DNA of 64,000 nucleotides from a virus (taxonomy: Duplodnaviria > Caudoviricetes): the IMG/VR virus record IMGVR_UViG_2600255093_000008, positions 15,992 to 79,991 of that record, one strand, 5' to 3'. The notes beneath the pieces were generated by a model that saw nothing but the letters and a program-made list of their open reading frames with translations, was not told where the DNA came from and made no database searches. Positions 27,281 to 36,365 of this stretch are shown piece after piece. Numbering within the stretch: the stretch's first letter is position 1; every line of letters begins with the position of its first letter. Position numbers and translations under genes: made by a program.

Positions 27281-27658
27281 TCAGCCCACCGGGTTGGGAC
27301 GGGGGTTGACCGCGATCTTCCGGACCAGTGGCCCCAACTGGTCGTTCGCCGCGATCATCTGCCGGACCACCACGAGCACGCGCAGGAACGCGATCACGTC
27401 GTGGTTCGTGAGGAGACTTCGGGCGCCGGCGTCGCTCCCGGTGATGCCCTGCGCGGCCCCGAGCGCGGTGTAATCGCTCGCGTCCCACGGCTCGTCGCGG
27501 AGGAGTTCCGCGTCCGTGGTCCCGAGGGCCGCGGCAAGGCCCTGGCCAACGACCGCGTCAAGTGCCGCCGTCGGCACCGTGAGTACCCCGGCGAGCAGGT
27601 CCGCGGTCGCCCGCACCGTCTCATTGGTGAGCTTCAGAAGTACCGGGTTGTCGATCAT
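27281..27658 (-). CDS. Helical virion/tail-associated protein
   Basis: MIDNPVLLKL start chosen; operon position. Confidence 0.6.
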   Translation of the reverse strand: MIDNPVLLKLTNETVRATADLLAGVLTVPTAALDAVVGQGLAAALGTTDAELLRDEPWDASDYTALGAAQGITGSDAGARSLLTNHDVIAFLRVLVVVRQMIAANDQLGPLVRKIAVNPRPNPVG

Positions 27659-27887
27659 TGCCCGTGCCCTCCACCTTCGCGACCTTCTGCCACCCGATCT
27701 TTTTTGCGACGCGGAGGCACTCGACGTAGCTCGGGAACCGCACCCCGGCTTCGCGCTTGTATCTCTCGATCGCCGCGAGGAACTCTTCCTCGTCCGCGTC
27801 ATACTCGCTTCCGGGGAACGTCCCCTCGTGGCTCACGAGCTGGGGGATCGCGCCCCCTTTCCGCTTCTTGGGGAGGAGCTTCCTCAT
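27621..27887 (-). CDS. Conserved planctomycete-type small helical protein
   Basis: EYDADEEEFLAAIERYKR..G.RFP.Y.E.L.V.K.IG; ATG abuts motif copy B. Confidence 0.65.
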   Translation of the reverse strand: MRKLLPKKRKGGAIPQLVSHEGTFPGSEYDADEEEFLAAIERYKREAGVRFPSYVECLRVAKKIGWQKVAKVEGTGNDRQPGTSEAHQ

Positions 27888-27903
27888 GACCGGCCAATGG
27901 CAC
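27888..27903 (-). promoter_or_regulatory. 16-nt motif, copy B, abutting ATG
   Basis: GTGCCATTGGCCGGTC|ATG. Confidence 0.8.
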
Positions 27904-27908
27904 GCGAC

Positions 27909-28505
27909 TCAGGCCGCCCACGGGCGAACCCGACAGATCACGTCCTCGCACCACACCGGCCCATCGGGGTACTGCGCGCACGTGGTCGCCGCGAAGTCGC
28001 AATCCCCGACGTACCGCATCCCGTAGCGCCCGAGCTTCTCCGGGTCGTTGGGAAAGACCAGGCACGGGGTGCCGAGGTTTCCGACTCGCAACACGGGTTC
28101 ACCCGGTCGCCAGATGAGCGGGGCCGTCGGGTGCCCGCTCATGCGGAAGATGTGAGGCCGGTCGGGTGCGAGTCGCAGGGCCGCGCGAGCCGTGGCGATC
28201 GCGTCCGGGGTGTACTCGTCGTCGTCGTCCAGGGCCATAACGTGCGTGCCGGTGGCCTGTCGGCTGTCGAGCACCCAGTTGCGCGCGTGGTGCCCCCACG
28301 TGCCCGTTGTGCCCGTGTGCTCGATGTATCGCCCGGGAAGGCCCATCTGTCCGAACAGTTCGGCCGCGATCGGCTGCGGTCCGTCGCCCACCAGGAGCAC
28401 TTCGTCGCCCGGCTCCCACGCTTGAACGCGGAGCGAGCGCAGGGTGCGGGCCAGCGTGGGGCGGGAGATCGTTGCGATCACGAGCGAAAGCCGAACCTCA
28501 GCCAT
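27909..28505 (-). CDS. Glycosyltransferase family 2
   Basis: LSLVIATISRP, LLVGDG, RNW, MALDDDD motifs. Confidence 0.85.
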   Translation of the reverse strand: MAEVRLSLVIATISRPTLARTLRSLRVQAWEPGDEVLLVGDGPQPIAAELFGQMGLPGRYIEHTGTTGTWGHHARNWVLDSRQATGTHVMALDDDDEYTPDAIATARAALRLAPDRPHIFRMSGHPTAPLIWRPGEPVLRVGNLGTPCLVFPNDPEKLGRYGMRYVGDCDFAATTCAQYPDGPVWCEDVICRVRPWAA

Positions 28506-29583
28506 GCTTGTACAGCCCCTTCGCGAAGTCGTCTTCCCAGCCCGCGCACGTGAAGTCGTCTGGTAGCGTCACCCCGAAGCGATTCGCGAACGTGCGGTAG
28601 TCGTCCACCGTGCTGGAGTGGTGCCACAGAAACGCGCCGGACTGCTCGCGCGCCACCGGTATCAGCTCCCACGGCCAATAAGCCCCGCCGAGGTGGTCGC
28701 GGATCAGTTCCGCAATCAGCATCTCGGCGTCGTACCCCTTCTCGCGCTCGAAGTAAAATGGGCGCGGCCGGTAGAACTCCAGAGCGCTCGGTTCGGTCCA
28801 GTCCGTGACCCGCATGAGCACGATCTCGGTGCGGATCGGCCAGCGCGGGTTGTCACACGTCCGAGCCGCGGTCGCCAGGTCCGCCAGGGCTAGCGCCTTG
28901 GCCCCATCTTGGAGCCAATACCCGCCGGTTGGGATGAACCGCTGGGACAGCTTGCAGACGAATTCCAGCCCGCGTTCCTGCCCCCACTTGGCGCCCTTCC
29001 AGAATGCCGCGATGTCGCCTCCGCCGTGCCCAATGCGCTCCGGGTTCGTGCTCAGTTCCACGTTTGGATACCGGGCGCAGATGCGTTCCAGATCCGCGTG
29101 TATCCGCAGGTCGTCGTTGGAGATCAGCACCGGGACCGGGCCGCACGACTCGCGCACGGCCCGGATCTGCACCTCGGCGAGCGCGGCCCACTTGTACACG
29201 CCCACGACGACCCCACACGCGGGGTCTCCGGCGCGGGGAATATTCGATGGAATAATTGCGGCCGCTTTTGCCCGGGGCGCGTCCGGGTGATGCTCGCACG
29301 TGGCGCACGTCCACAGCCCGGACAGCGGGTTCCCGCGCGTGCAGCGCCCGTCGGTGTTGTCCGGGTGATCGCAGTAGTACGTGCGCCGTGCCTCGTTCGG
29401 ACCCGCGCACGTGCTGCACTCGGCCACCAACTCGCCTTGCAAGGGGCACGGCGAGCGGAGCACGGGCAACGACACCCCCACCGCGCCGGCCCGGACCCGC
29501 CCCGCGTGCTCCGGGTACCGCTTGCTCACGCCCCGGGCCTTGCGGTCCGCGGTCCGCGCCTGGACCTCGTCGAACTTGGTCAC
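28498..29583 (-). CDS. Cys-rich N-terminal domain fused to a GT-A-like glycosyltransferase domain
   Basis: CPL..ECSTC..C.H..CT..CATC, then VVVGVY...VLISND; GTGA overlap with the tail gene. Confidence 0.6.
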   Translation of the reverse strand: MTKFDEVQARTADRKARGVSKRYPEHAGRVRAGAVGVSLPVLRSPCPLQGELVAECSTCAGPNEARRTYYCDHPDNTDGRCTRGNPLSGLWTCATCEHHPDAPRAKAAAIIPSNIPRAGDPACGVVVGVYKWAALAEVQIRAVRESCGPVPVLISNDDLRIHADLERICARYPNVELSTNPERIGHGGGDIAAFWKGAKWGQERGLEFVCKLSQRFIPTGGYWLQDGAKALALADLATAARTCDNPRWPIRTEIVLMRVTDWTEPSALEFYRPRPFYFEREKGYDAEMLIAELIRDHLGGAYWPWELIPVAREQSGAFLWHHSSTVDDYRTFANRFGVTLPDDFTCAGWEDDFAKGLYKHG

Positions 29584-30830
29584 GGGATGTCCTCCGGGCA
29601 CAATTGCTCCTCGTTGAAGCAGTTGCAGATCCCCGTGAACCACGACGGCTCACCCGTGAGCGGCCCGTCCACCGTCGCCGTGAACTCGATGTAAATGATC
29701 CGGTTCACCAGGAAGTCAAAAGGCGGTATCGAGATACACGTGCGGGGGCTGTTGAACACGAACTGTGTCATTCCCGTGCAGCCCTTCGACGGGCCGTACC
29801 AGACGTTCACGATCCCGGTCCCGTTGATCGTCAGGCAGTTCGTCACGCTCGGCGGGGAACTGCTGGCGATCCGATCGTACACGTGCCAGGCCACGTCCCC
29901 GGCCTTCATGTCCGAGGGGAGTGCCCAGCTCGTGCAGCACGGGAGCCCCATGTTCGGGGGGCACGCGCTACAGTGCTCCTCGGCCTCCTCCTCGCTCTCC
30001 CACGGCCCGCCCGATTGCACGTCTAGCTCGCCCGAGCACGCTTCACCCACTTCCAGTTCCAGGGGGGTGTACGGCGTCCCCGGGTCCGAGTTCTTCGGGC
30101 GCGTGCAGTACCATCCGGCCGGGCAGCTCGCGCACACCTTCACGTACAGCACCCGCGAGCACACGTCGTCCGGGTCGTCCACGAAGTCCGGGTAAAAGAC
30201 CTTGCGGCGGAACGCGAACGTGACGCACGGGCACACCGAGCAGTCCTTGCGGCCAACGATATCGACCGCTGACGGCAGCCCCGAATTGAGTTTGAGCGAC
30301 GGGACGGCCGGATCGAACGTGATCGTATACGCGACACCGTTGATCGTGATTCCCTGATGGATCTCGACCGCCGGTGCGGTGCCCCCGACTTCTTGAATCG
30401 TCCAGTAATCGTCCGGCAGAGCGGCCACAAGCCAGCCGTCGCCGTTGCAATCGAGGCCGCTACCACCAGAACCGTCACGGTACTCGAACGCCAGCCCCGG
30501 AGCTGAACGGAGCGGCCTGAGCCACACTTTTGCGGTGCCATCGGTCGGTACGTCGGTGCGGCCGGTTACCTCGTAGGCCGCGAGCAGCGTCCCGTCGCCC
30601 ACTTCAGGTGCGCCGTCCAGCTCGGGGAACGTGGTCGGATCGCCGTCGTCCAGGCGGGCGAACCCGTAAGCGTTTCCGGTTGCGTGCGAGGTGATGACGG
30701 CCCAAAAACCGCGCGGGCTCCAATCTTCGATGGTCAGCGCGGTCAGGCCGTTATCGGGCGGCCGCCCGGAGACCGCAAGATTTCCGGAACCAGTCACAGA
30801 TTCGGCGGGTGAGCTTCGCACCGGGTACAT
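29580..30830 (-). CDS. Cys-rich tail tip/fibre protein
   Basis: GFWAVIT..NAYGF..YEV N-terminal spike-like domain; many CxxC pairs; ATG abuts motif copy C. Confidence 0.65.
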   Translation of the reverse strand: MYPVRSSPAESVTGSGNLAVSGRPPDNGLTALTIEDWSPRGFWAVITSHATGNAYGFARLDDGDPTTFPELDGAPEVGDGTLLAAYEVTGRTDVPTDGTAKVWLRPLRSAPGLAFEYRDGSGGSGLDCNGDGWLVAALPDDYWTIQEVGGTAPAVEIHQGITINGVAYTITFDPAVPSLKLNSGLPSAVDIVGRKDCSVCPCVTFAFRRKVFYPDFVDDPDDVCSRVLYVKVCASCPAGWYCTRPKNSDPGTPYTPLELEVGEACSGELDVQSGGPWESEEEAEEHCSACPPNMGLPCCTSWALPSDMKAGDVAWHVYDRIASSSPPSVTNCLTINGTGIVNVWYGPSKGCTGMTQFVFNSPRTCISIPPFDFLVNRIIYIEFTATVDGPLTGEPSWFTGICNCFNEEQLCPEDIP

Positions 30831-30846
30831 GACCGGCAAATGGCAC
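30831..30846 (-). promoter_or_regulatory. 16-nt motif, copy C, abutting ATG
   Basis: GTGCCATTTGCCGGTC|ATG. Confidence 0.8.
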
Positions 30847-30936
30847 CGGCTTTAGCCGCTGTGAACTCGCGCCCACTTTTCCAGCGCCCGTACACGCGGG
30901 TACCTTTAGTACCCTGGCTTAAAAGTGTAACGGCGC

Positions 30937-31545
30937 GTGAGTAATCGAGTTATGGACGTCGAACGGTTGCCCTTCAGGTGCCCGACGTGTCGTGAAACGC
31001 TCCTCGCTCCTGTGACTTTGGCGGGCGTCACACAGTCCTGCCCAAAGTGTCACCAGGTGGTCACATGGGAGGCTCCACCAGCACAGACGGGCCGAATCGC
31101 ACGCCAACAATCGCGTAACGTGGCCTTTGCTGCACTGGTAATTGTCACTATCGGCGTCCTCATGTTCCTGAAGGGCGGTCAGGAGCTAGATCGATTGCAG
31201 CAGCCGTCTGTAAATGCGATCGATGCCGATTGGAGGGCGTACAGAAACGAGGAGGCCGGGCTGCTTCGCAAGGTTACCTGGGGTGTGATTCTTGTCGCTG
31301 TCGGATGTGGTCTTTACTACTTTGTGGTTCCCGCCACGAGACTCAGAGAATCGCTTGAGTCGCTTCAGCCTGTGACCGGTCGCTCCAAAGAGGAGATCGC
31401 TGGCGTACTCGGTGCCCCTGGTGAGGTGGAGAGATCGACCGATGGGAGCGTCACCCGCGAAACCTGGCGAACACTCAGGTTCCGATTCACACTCGAATTC
31501 CACCAGGGCGTGTGCGCCGGACTTGTCCACACGCGAGAGGACTAG
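30937..31545 (+). CDS. Zinc-ribbon, 2-TM, SmpA/OmlA-like membrane moron
   Basis: CPTC/CPKC; two hydrophobic helices; GRSKEEI..VLGAP motif; antisense inside the tail operon. Confidence 0.7.
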   Translation: MSNRVMDVERLPFRCPTCRETLLAPVTLAGVTQSCPKCHQVVTWEAPPAQTGRIARQQSRNVAFAALVIVTIGVLMFLKGGQELDRLQQPSVNAIDADWRAYRNEEAGLLRKVTWGVILVAVGCGLYYFVVPATRLRESLESLQPVTGRSKEEIAGVLGAPGEVERSTDGSVTRETWRTLRFRFTLEFHQGVCAGLVHTRED

Positions 31546-32529
31546 CTACGAGTTCCCGGGCTTGAACAGATCATCGAAAGGCGTGAGGGCGTAGGGCGTG
31601 GTGTCTGTTGTCACGTTGCGACGGTAGACGCGCCCGTACTTGCGGCCGGCATTAGGAGCGCCCACGGCTGGGTCGCGGTCGCGCTTTTCGTAACCGTTCC
31701 ATCCGAACTTTCCAGGGCGATAGTCGAATACGAGCGTCGTATCAAAATAAAAATTCCCGTCGGCCCCCTGATACCAGGCAATCGGCTCCGCCGGTCCCTT
31801 GAACAACAGGGACTCTTTCTCAAAACTAAAGCCGCCCTTCTGCAACTGGAACATTCCGTGGTTCACGGTGAGGAGTTGTGAAGCCCATCGCTGCTCGGGT
31901 ATTGCATCTACGGGCCACTGGTGGAGTTTCAACAGGAACTCGACGGTGTAGTCTGGGGAGAATGCGGTTTCGTCAGGCACTATCGCGCGATCGGCCGCGG
32001 GCTGCCCTTCGCCCAGGGCCGAGGTGTCGTAAGTGAACCCATAACTGCTAATCCTCTTCTCGCGCGGACGGTACCTTCTTTGGAGAGAGGTGTACCGGTT
32101 CTTCTCGATCCCATCGTAACTATTGGTCAAAGTGTCATCGCCGCGCACCCAGTACGGAGGGCGCGTGAATACCAATTCATAGATACACCAATCGCACTCA
32201 AACACGTTTTCATTAAACGGATCATGCGTAACCTCTCGTTTATCGTAACAACCGAAATCCACGATCCGGTAGCTCTCGCAGTACAAGGTCTCGTTAAACG
32301 GGCATTGATGAGGAACCACCCGGTTAAGGATCGGCGATGTTCCATCCCATTCCGTGTACCCGACGATATCGCGGAGGAAGTCGTTGGAGTCGCTCCACGA
32401 CACAAGGGCCTGCATCACCTCTTGGTTCGCGTCACGTGCGCCGCGGCCACTGTAACCGTCCATGAGCCACTGGAACGGGACGCCGGACGAGGTCTGCGCG
32501 GTGATGGTTGCTCGATCGGGACGGGCCAC
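31546..32529 (-). CDS. Tail hub/tip protein
   Basis: Position after tape measure and tube paralogue; aromatic, beta-rich. Confidence 0.6.
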   Translation of the reverse strand: MARPDRATITAQTSSGVPFQWLMDGYSGRGARDANQEVMQALVSWSDSNDFLRDIVGYTEWDGTSPILNRVVPHQCPFNETLYCESYRIVDFGCYDKREVTHDPFNENVFECDWCIYELVFTRPPYWVRGDDTLTNSYDGIEKNRYTSLQRRYRPREKRISSYGFTYDTSALGEGQPAADRAIVPDETAFSPDYTVEFLLKLHQWPVDAIPEQRWASQLLTVNHGMFQLQKGGFSFEKESLLFKGPAEPIAWYQGADGNFYFDTTLVFDYRPGKFGWNGYEKRDRDPAVGAPNAGRKYGRVYRRNVTTDTTPYALTPFDDLFKPGNS

Positions 32530-32532
32530 GTG

Positions 32533-32973
32533 TTACGGCTCCTCGGGCTCTTCAGGTTCTTCCGGGGGGAAGGGGGATTCCACGTCGCGGACGTATCGCC
32601 CGTGTTCGCACACGATCTCGACCCATCGCGCTTTTTGCTGGTCGTTGACGACCCGAACTGTGCTCACGATCGCGGACTCGATCTGGTCGAACTGGTCCAA
32701 GGCTCCGCGTTTGAGCCAGAACGAGACCTCGGCGCCCTCGGTGAACCCGAGCGCCTGGGGATAGTTGATGTCGTCCTCGGCAACGCGAATTGACGCCGAG
32801 CGAACCCGCTTGAACCGCGGCAACCCTTCGGTCCAACCCGCGCACCCGGCCGATCGGTGTTCACGCACGTCTTCTTCGATGTCCACCTCGTAAGTGGCGT
32901 TGTGCACCTTTGTGGGCACTTCTTCGTCACCGATCAACGTGGCCCAATACGCGCCGTGGCCGGAAATTTTCAC
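32533..32973 (-). CDS. Tail-tube paralogue (tube initiator/distal tail-like)
   Basis: Shares KISGHG, VHNA, AGW.EGLP, W.KRGA with 34992-35408. Confidence 0.75.
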   Translation of the reverse strand: MKISGHGAYWATLIGDEEVPTKVHNATYEVDIEEDVREHRSAGCAGWTEGLPRFKRVRSASIRVAEDDINYPQALGFTEGAEVSFWLKRGALDQFDQIESAIVSTVRVVNDQQKARWVEIVCEHGRYVRDVESPFPPEEPEEPEEP

Positions 32974-34277
32974 TGTTCACCGGGCCGTTTCAACTGTGGT
33001 GCGCTACGCTTCGTGTTTTCGGCCGCCGCTGCTTCGGACGCTGCAGCGATCCGCTCTAACAGGGGTACGATGTTCTCCGGCGCGCCAGTCAGCCGCTCTG
33101 CGTCCACCTTGGCAATTGCGCTCGCGATCCGATCGTAACCGCTACCGCCTTCGTCGTAACCGCCACCGGATAACGTGACCATGCGGTGCCCGTTTGGTGA
33201 CGATCCAGGGGGGTGCTTCCGGTCCCAGTTTTTGCGCCCCTCTTGGATCGGGTTACCATCCTCCCACGGGGCTAGCTGGTAGTACGTGTCGGCCAAGCCC
33301 GCACCAAACGCGACCATTGCGGAGCCGAGCTTGCTTTTCCCGGCAGCACGCGCCCTGCCGTAGTCCCCGCTGGTGGCAGCGTCACCAGCGCTGAGCGCCA
33401 GGCCGACACCAGGAGCTGCCCGAGCTGCACGCCCAGCAGTCGCGCTCGCCCCGCTCCGAGCTGCTGACCCGGCTGCAGCTCCACCAACCGCAGTTCCGGC
33501 CGCAGTGCCCAATGCGCTACCGCCCGCGCTGGCGGCCGCACTACCGGCAAGCGACATGCCGCCAGTAAGAGCAGCCCGCCCCACGGCCCCGACGATTCCA
33601 CCGCCCGCGACAGCCTTCAGTGCGAGTCCCGCGGCGAGTGCGGTGCCACCGAGCATGACCACGTCTTGCCCCGTCGGGCCGAGCGTCTCCATGAACTGGC
33701 GCAACCCACGAACCGCCTTGGTGGTCACGTCGATGAGCGGTTTGAACGCGCCGGCCATTTCGCGCGCGAGCATGTTCCATTCGGCCGACAGCCGGGCGCT
33801 CTCAACGGTCCCACTGAAGCCCTGGCGCACGAGTCCGGTGCCGGTAGCGACCGCGGCCGTGGCCCCATAGGTCGCGGCCCGACTCGCGGCCGCAATGCCG
33901 CCCTCGTTCCGGGCCAGGAACCCACCTACTCGGTTCCCGTACCGAGCGATTAGCTCCGTTTCGCGCCGCACTTTTTCGTACTGGCGCGCGAGCGTGGCCA
34001 TCTCGCGGGCCTGACGCGCGTAGGTGCCGTTGGTGACGGCGTCGGTGAGTTGCTTGTTGCGCTGTGCGGCCTTCTCGACCGCGCCGGCGAAATCGCCGTA
34101 GAGTTGCTTCAGGCGTGCAACTTCATCGGCGCGCCGTTGGGCGGCTTTGGCCGCGGCTTCGTCGGCTTCTGCAGCCTTTATCTTGGCTTCGGCGAACTGT
34201 TCGATCGCCGCGGCGAACTGTGCGGTCCCGTCCGCCTGGGCGTCGAGGTCAAGGCTAATGGGAGCGGGATCGGCCAC
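32970..34277 (-). CDS. Tape measure protein (435 aa)
   Basis: Ala/Gly-rich helical; follows the chaperones. Confidence 0.82.
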   Translation of the reverse strand: MADPAPISLDLDAQADGTAQFAAAIEQFAEAKIKAAEADEAAAKAAQRRADEVARLKQLYGDFAGAVEKAAQRNKQLTDAVTNGTYARQAREMATLARQYEKVRRETELIARYGNRVGGFLARNEGGIAAASRAATYGATAAVATGTGLVRQGFSGTVESARLSAEWNMLAREMAGAFKPLIDVTTKAVRGLRQFMETLGPTGQDVVMLGGTALAAGLALKAVAGGGIVGAVGRAALTGGMSLAGSAAASAGGSALGTAAGTAVGGAAAGSAARSGASATAGRAARAAPGVGLALSAGDAATSGDYGRARAAGKSKLGSAMVAFGAGLADTYYQLAPWEDGNPIQEGRKNWDRKHPPGSSPNGHRMVTLSGGGYDEGGSGYDRIASAIAKVDAERLTGAPENIVPLLERIAAASEAAAAENTKRSAPQLKRPGEQ

Positions 34278-34554
34278 GTGGCACTTCCTTCATTAGCCAA
34301 CCAGGTGCAACTGGCGCAGCACCCACGGGTGCCAGTTTCTCGTGATTCAGCCGGTGCAGCTCCGCGACCGGATTAATTACCTGGTTCTGTTCCTCTTCTT
34401 CACGCGGTGAGAACAGGAACAGGATCTCGTGTGGGGTGCGATCGTCGAGCCACGACGGTGGGAGTTTGCGCTTCTCCCACAGCACCCGGAGCAGGTCGTC
34501 ATACCCCTGAGCTTCGAGCTGGTGCGCGAGACTCAGGGGGTCAACGGGTTTGGG
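34255..34554 (-). CDS. Tail chaperone GT extension via -1 frameshift at C CCA AAC (34548-34554)
   Basis: In-phase heptamer; the -1 frame is open (PKPVDPLSLAHQLEAQGY...). Confidence 0.78.
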   Translation of the reverse strand, partial: PKPVDPLSLAHQLEAQGYDDLLRVLWEKRKLPPSWLDDRTPHEILFLFSPREEEEQNQVINPVAELHRLNHEKLAPVGAAPVAPGWLMKEVPRGRSRSH

Positions 34555-34979
34555 TTGGCGCCCTCCTGCACCTGTTGCATCTGGACCCACACGTCATCCA
34601 CGTTCACGTCGGTGATGATCGCGCGCAACCCATCGAACGTGAGGCCCGGGGTCGCCTTCCGCCCGCGGTGGAATAGCTCGATCGCGACCCCGGTTGGCGA
34701 TTCCCGGAACTCGAACAACTGGTCCTCACTCACGGTCGGGCCGATCGCGGCCAATTCGGTGATGCGCTCGACCGCTTTGAAGTAAGCGGCGGGCGTGGCC
34801 TTCATCGCGTTCAGTAGCTTCGCGCAGCGGGTGAAGTAGTCCCCGGCTGCGTCCGCTGCGGCCTTGATGAGCACACGCCGGAGGGCGCGTTCCTCGACCA
34901 TTTTGAGGGGCGTTACGGTGACGAGCAGGTCACCGACCCGCACTGCACCCACTGCACCTACCGCGTTATCCGCACTCAT
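34533..34979 (-). CDS. Tail assembly chaperone (G-like)
   Basis: Between tube and tape measure; ends at the slippery site. Confidence 0.75.
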   Translation of the reverse strand: MSADNAVGAVGAVRVGDLLVTVTPLKMVEERALRRVLIKAAADAAGDYFTRCAKLLNAMKATPAAYFKAVERITELAAIGPTVSEDQLFEFRESPTGVAIELFHRGRKATPGLTFDGLRAIITDVNVDDVWVQMQQVQEGANPNPLTP

Positions 34980-34991
34980 TCGCGCTCTCTG

Positions 34992-35408
34992 TTAGGGGAT
35001 GTCGGGCGCAACCGTGTTTCGGCTCAGGACACCGTACTCGGTCGTGATGGTGATCCGACGCGCTCCGGTCTGGGGGTTGGACGTGCGGACGTTTCGCACG
35101 ATCGTGTTTGTGACCACGTCGCCCGTGGCCGCGGCCCCGCGCTTGCACCACAGGGTGACAACGGCGTTCTCTGTGATGCCCACCGCCAACGCGAAGCTCG
35201 CCGCGTCGCTGTCCACGACCTCGATTGTGACGCCGTTGACCTTGTTGAGAATGGGCAGCCCTTCGGCCCATCCCGCGGAACTCGAATCGGTCACATCGTC
35301 ACTGATCCCGTCCACGTCGATGTCGAACCGGGCGTTGTGGACGATTTGGTTGGGGCCGCTCTCGTTGATCTTGACGAGGAACCCACCGTGACCGGAGATT
35401 TTGCCCAT
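34992..35408 (-). CDS. Major tail tube protein
   Basis: Position before the chaperones; D.TDSSSAGW.EGLP tube motif. Confidence 0.75.
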   Translation of the reverse strand: MGKISGHGGFLVKINESGPNQIVHNARFDIDVDGISDDVTDSSSAGWAEGLPILNKVNGVTIEVVDSDAASFALAVGITENAVVTLWCKRGAAATGDVVTNTIVRNVRTSNPQTGARRITITTEYGVLSRNTVAPDIP

Positions 35409-35412
35409 TTGG

Positions 35413-35928
35413 TTACCTCACGCCGATCACGCGAACCCAGCCCGACACGTCGGCAGCGCCGGGGTTCTTGATTCCGAGTACCTTGTGCGTGGCGTCCAAC
35501 GCCCAACCGGTCGCGCGGTCGAACATCGCGAACCGGTCGCGCACCTGAACCCAGAAGTTCGCCGTGGCTGCCTGGAACCACAGTTGGGCCGCGTTGGTCA
35601 GCCCCTGCGGGCCGATCTGGAGTGACACGCCCGCGGCCGGTGCCGTCGTGATGATGATCTCGACGCCCTTCACGGCGGTAAACGCGAGGAGCTGATTCAG
35701 CACGTTGGTTTCGCCGCTGCCGCCCTTCAGGTCGATCGCGAGCGTGGCCCCGGCCGCGACGGTGAACGTCTTTTCGTACACGTCGTTCGCCTGGCCACTC
35801 CCGGTGCCGTCGCCGAGCTGGAACAGCCCGGCCGGTGTCGGCGCCGAGCCGAACCGGGACCGGTAGCGCAGTCCCCCGGACTCGAAGAGCACGCCGTCGG
35901 TCCACTGGATGCGCGTCGCGAGTCCCAT
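35413..35928 (-). CDS. Virion structural protein (beta-sandwich)
   Basis: GTGSGQANDVY..TVAAG motif; neck/tail position. Confidence 0.6.
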   Translation of the reverse strand: MGLATRIQWTDGVLFESGGLRYRSRFGSAPTPAGLFQLGDGTGSGQANDVYEKTFTVAAGATLAIDLKGGSGETNVLNQLLAFTAVKGVEIIITTAPAAGVSLQIGPQGLTNAAQLWFQAATANFWVQVRDRFAMFDRATGWALDATHKVLGIKNPGAADVSGWVRVIGVR

Positions 35929-36365
35929 CAGGGCACCAAGTTCCCTTCGATCAGCAACGACCACTGTGCCCCGGAAACGAACACGTCGCGAGCATTTCGC
36001 AACCGCGGGTCAAACCGGCCGTCGTACCCGCGGGGCAAACAGTGCATCACGCGCCCGTCTCGCAGCGCCGTCCAGGTGGTCGGGTTCTTGTTCAGCGCAT
36101 CGGCCATTGCCAGTTGCGCCGCGTTCGGGTCCGTGGCTCCCTGGTCCGAGTACACCACCATGCGGATGGTGAACGCCTGCGTGTACGATCCGTCCGAGCT
36201 AAAATCCGGCGAGCCGTCTCGCTCGATGCCGAACACCGCGTAGGGAACCGCGTCCACTTCGCCGGGCCGATCGAGCCACGCCTTTCCCGGTACCGCCGTG
36301 GTGAATGCACTCGACGCGACACAGCGAGCCACGATCGCGACGGCGATATCGTCGAAGGTCACCAT
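35928..36365 (-). CDS. Tail terminator (DUF3168-like)
   Basis: PYAVF...FTIRMVVYS pattern; synteny. Confidence 0.7.
   Translation of the reverse strand: MVTFDDIAVAIVARCVASSAFTTAVPGKAWLDRPGEVDAVPYAVFGIERDGSPDFSSDGSYTQAFTIRMVVYSDQGATDPNAAQLAMADALNKNPTTWTALRDGRVMHCLPRGYDGRFDPRLRNARDVFVSGAQWSLLIEGNLVP

Noticed and set aside
26093-27889. 598-aa + strand ORF
   Set aside because: Antisense shadow of well-formed minus-strand genes in GC-rich DNA; Arg/Gly/Pro-rich with no motifs. The same applies to 37650-39530, 23266-24519, 41430-42608 and 58119-59261.
34267-34284. Ninth copy of the 16-nt motif (GTGCCACGTGGCCGAT) at the tape measure start
   Set aside because: Needs an insertion, breaks CATT and overlaps the start codon itself; likely chance
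32533-36365. Contractile tail or extracellular injection system
   Set aside because: No sheath or baseplate wedge genes recognised; the frameshifting chaperone and tape measure fit a siphovirus
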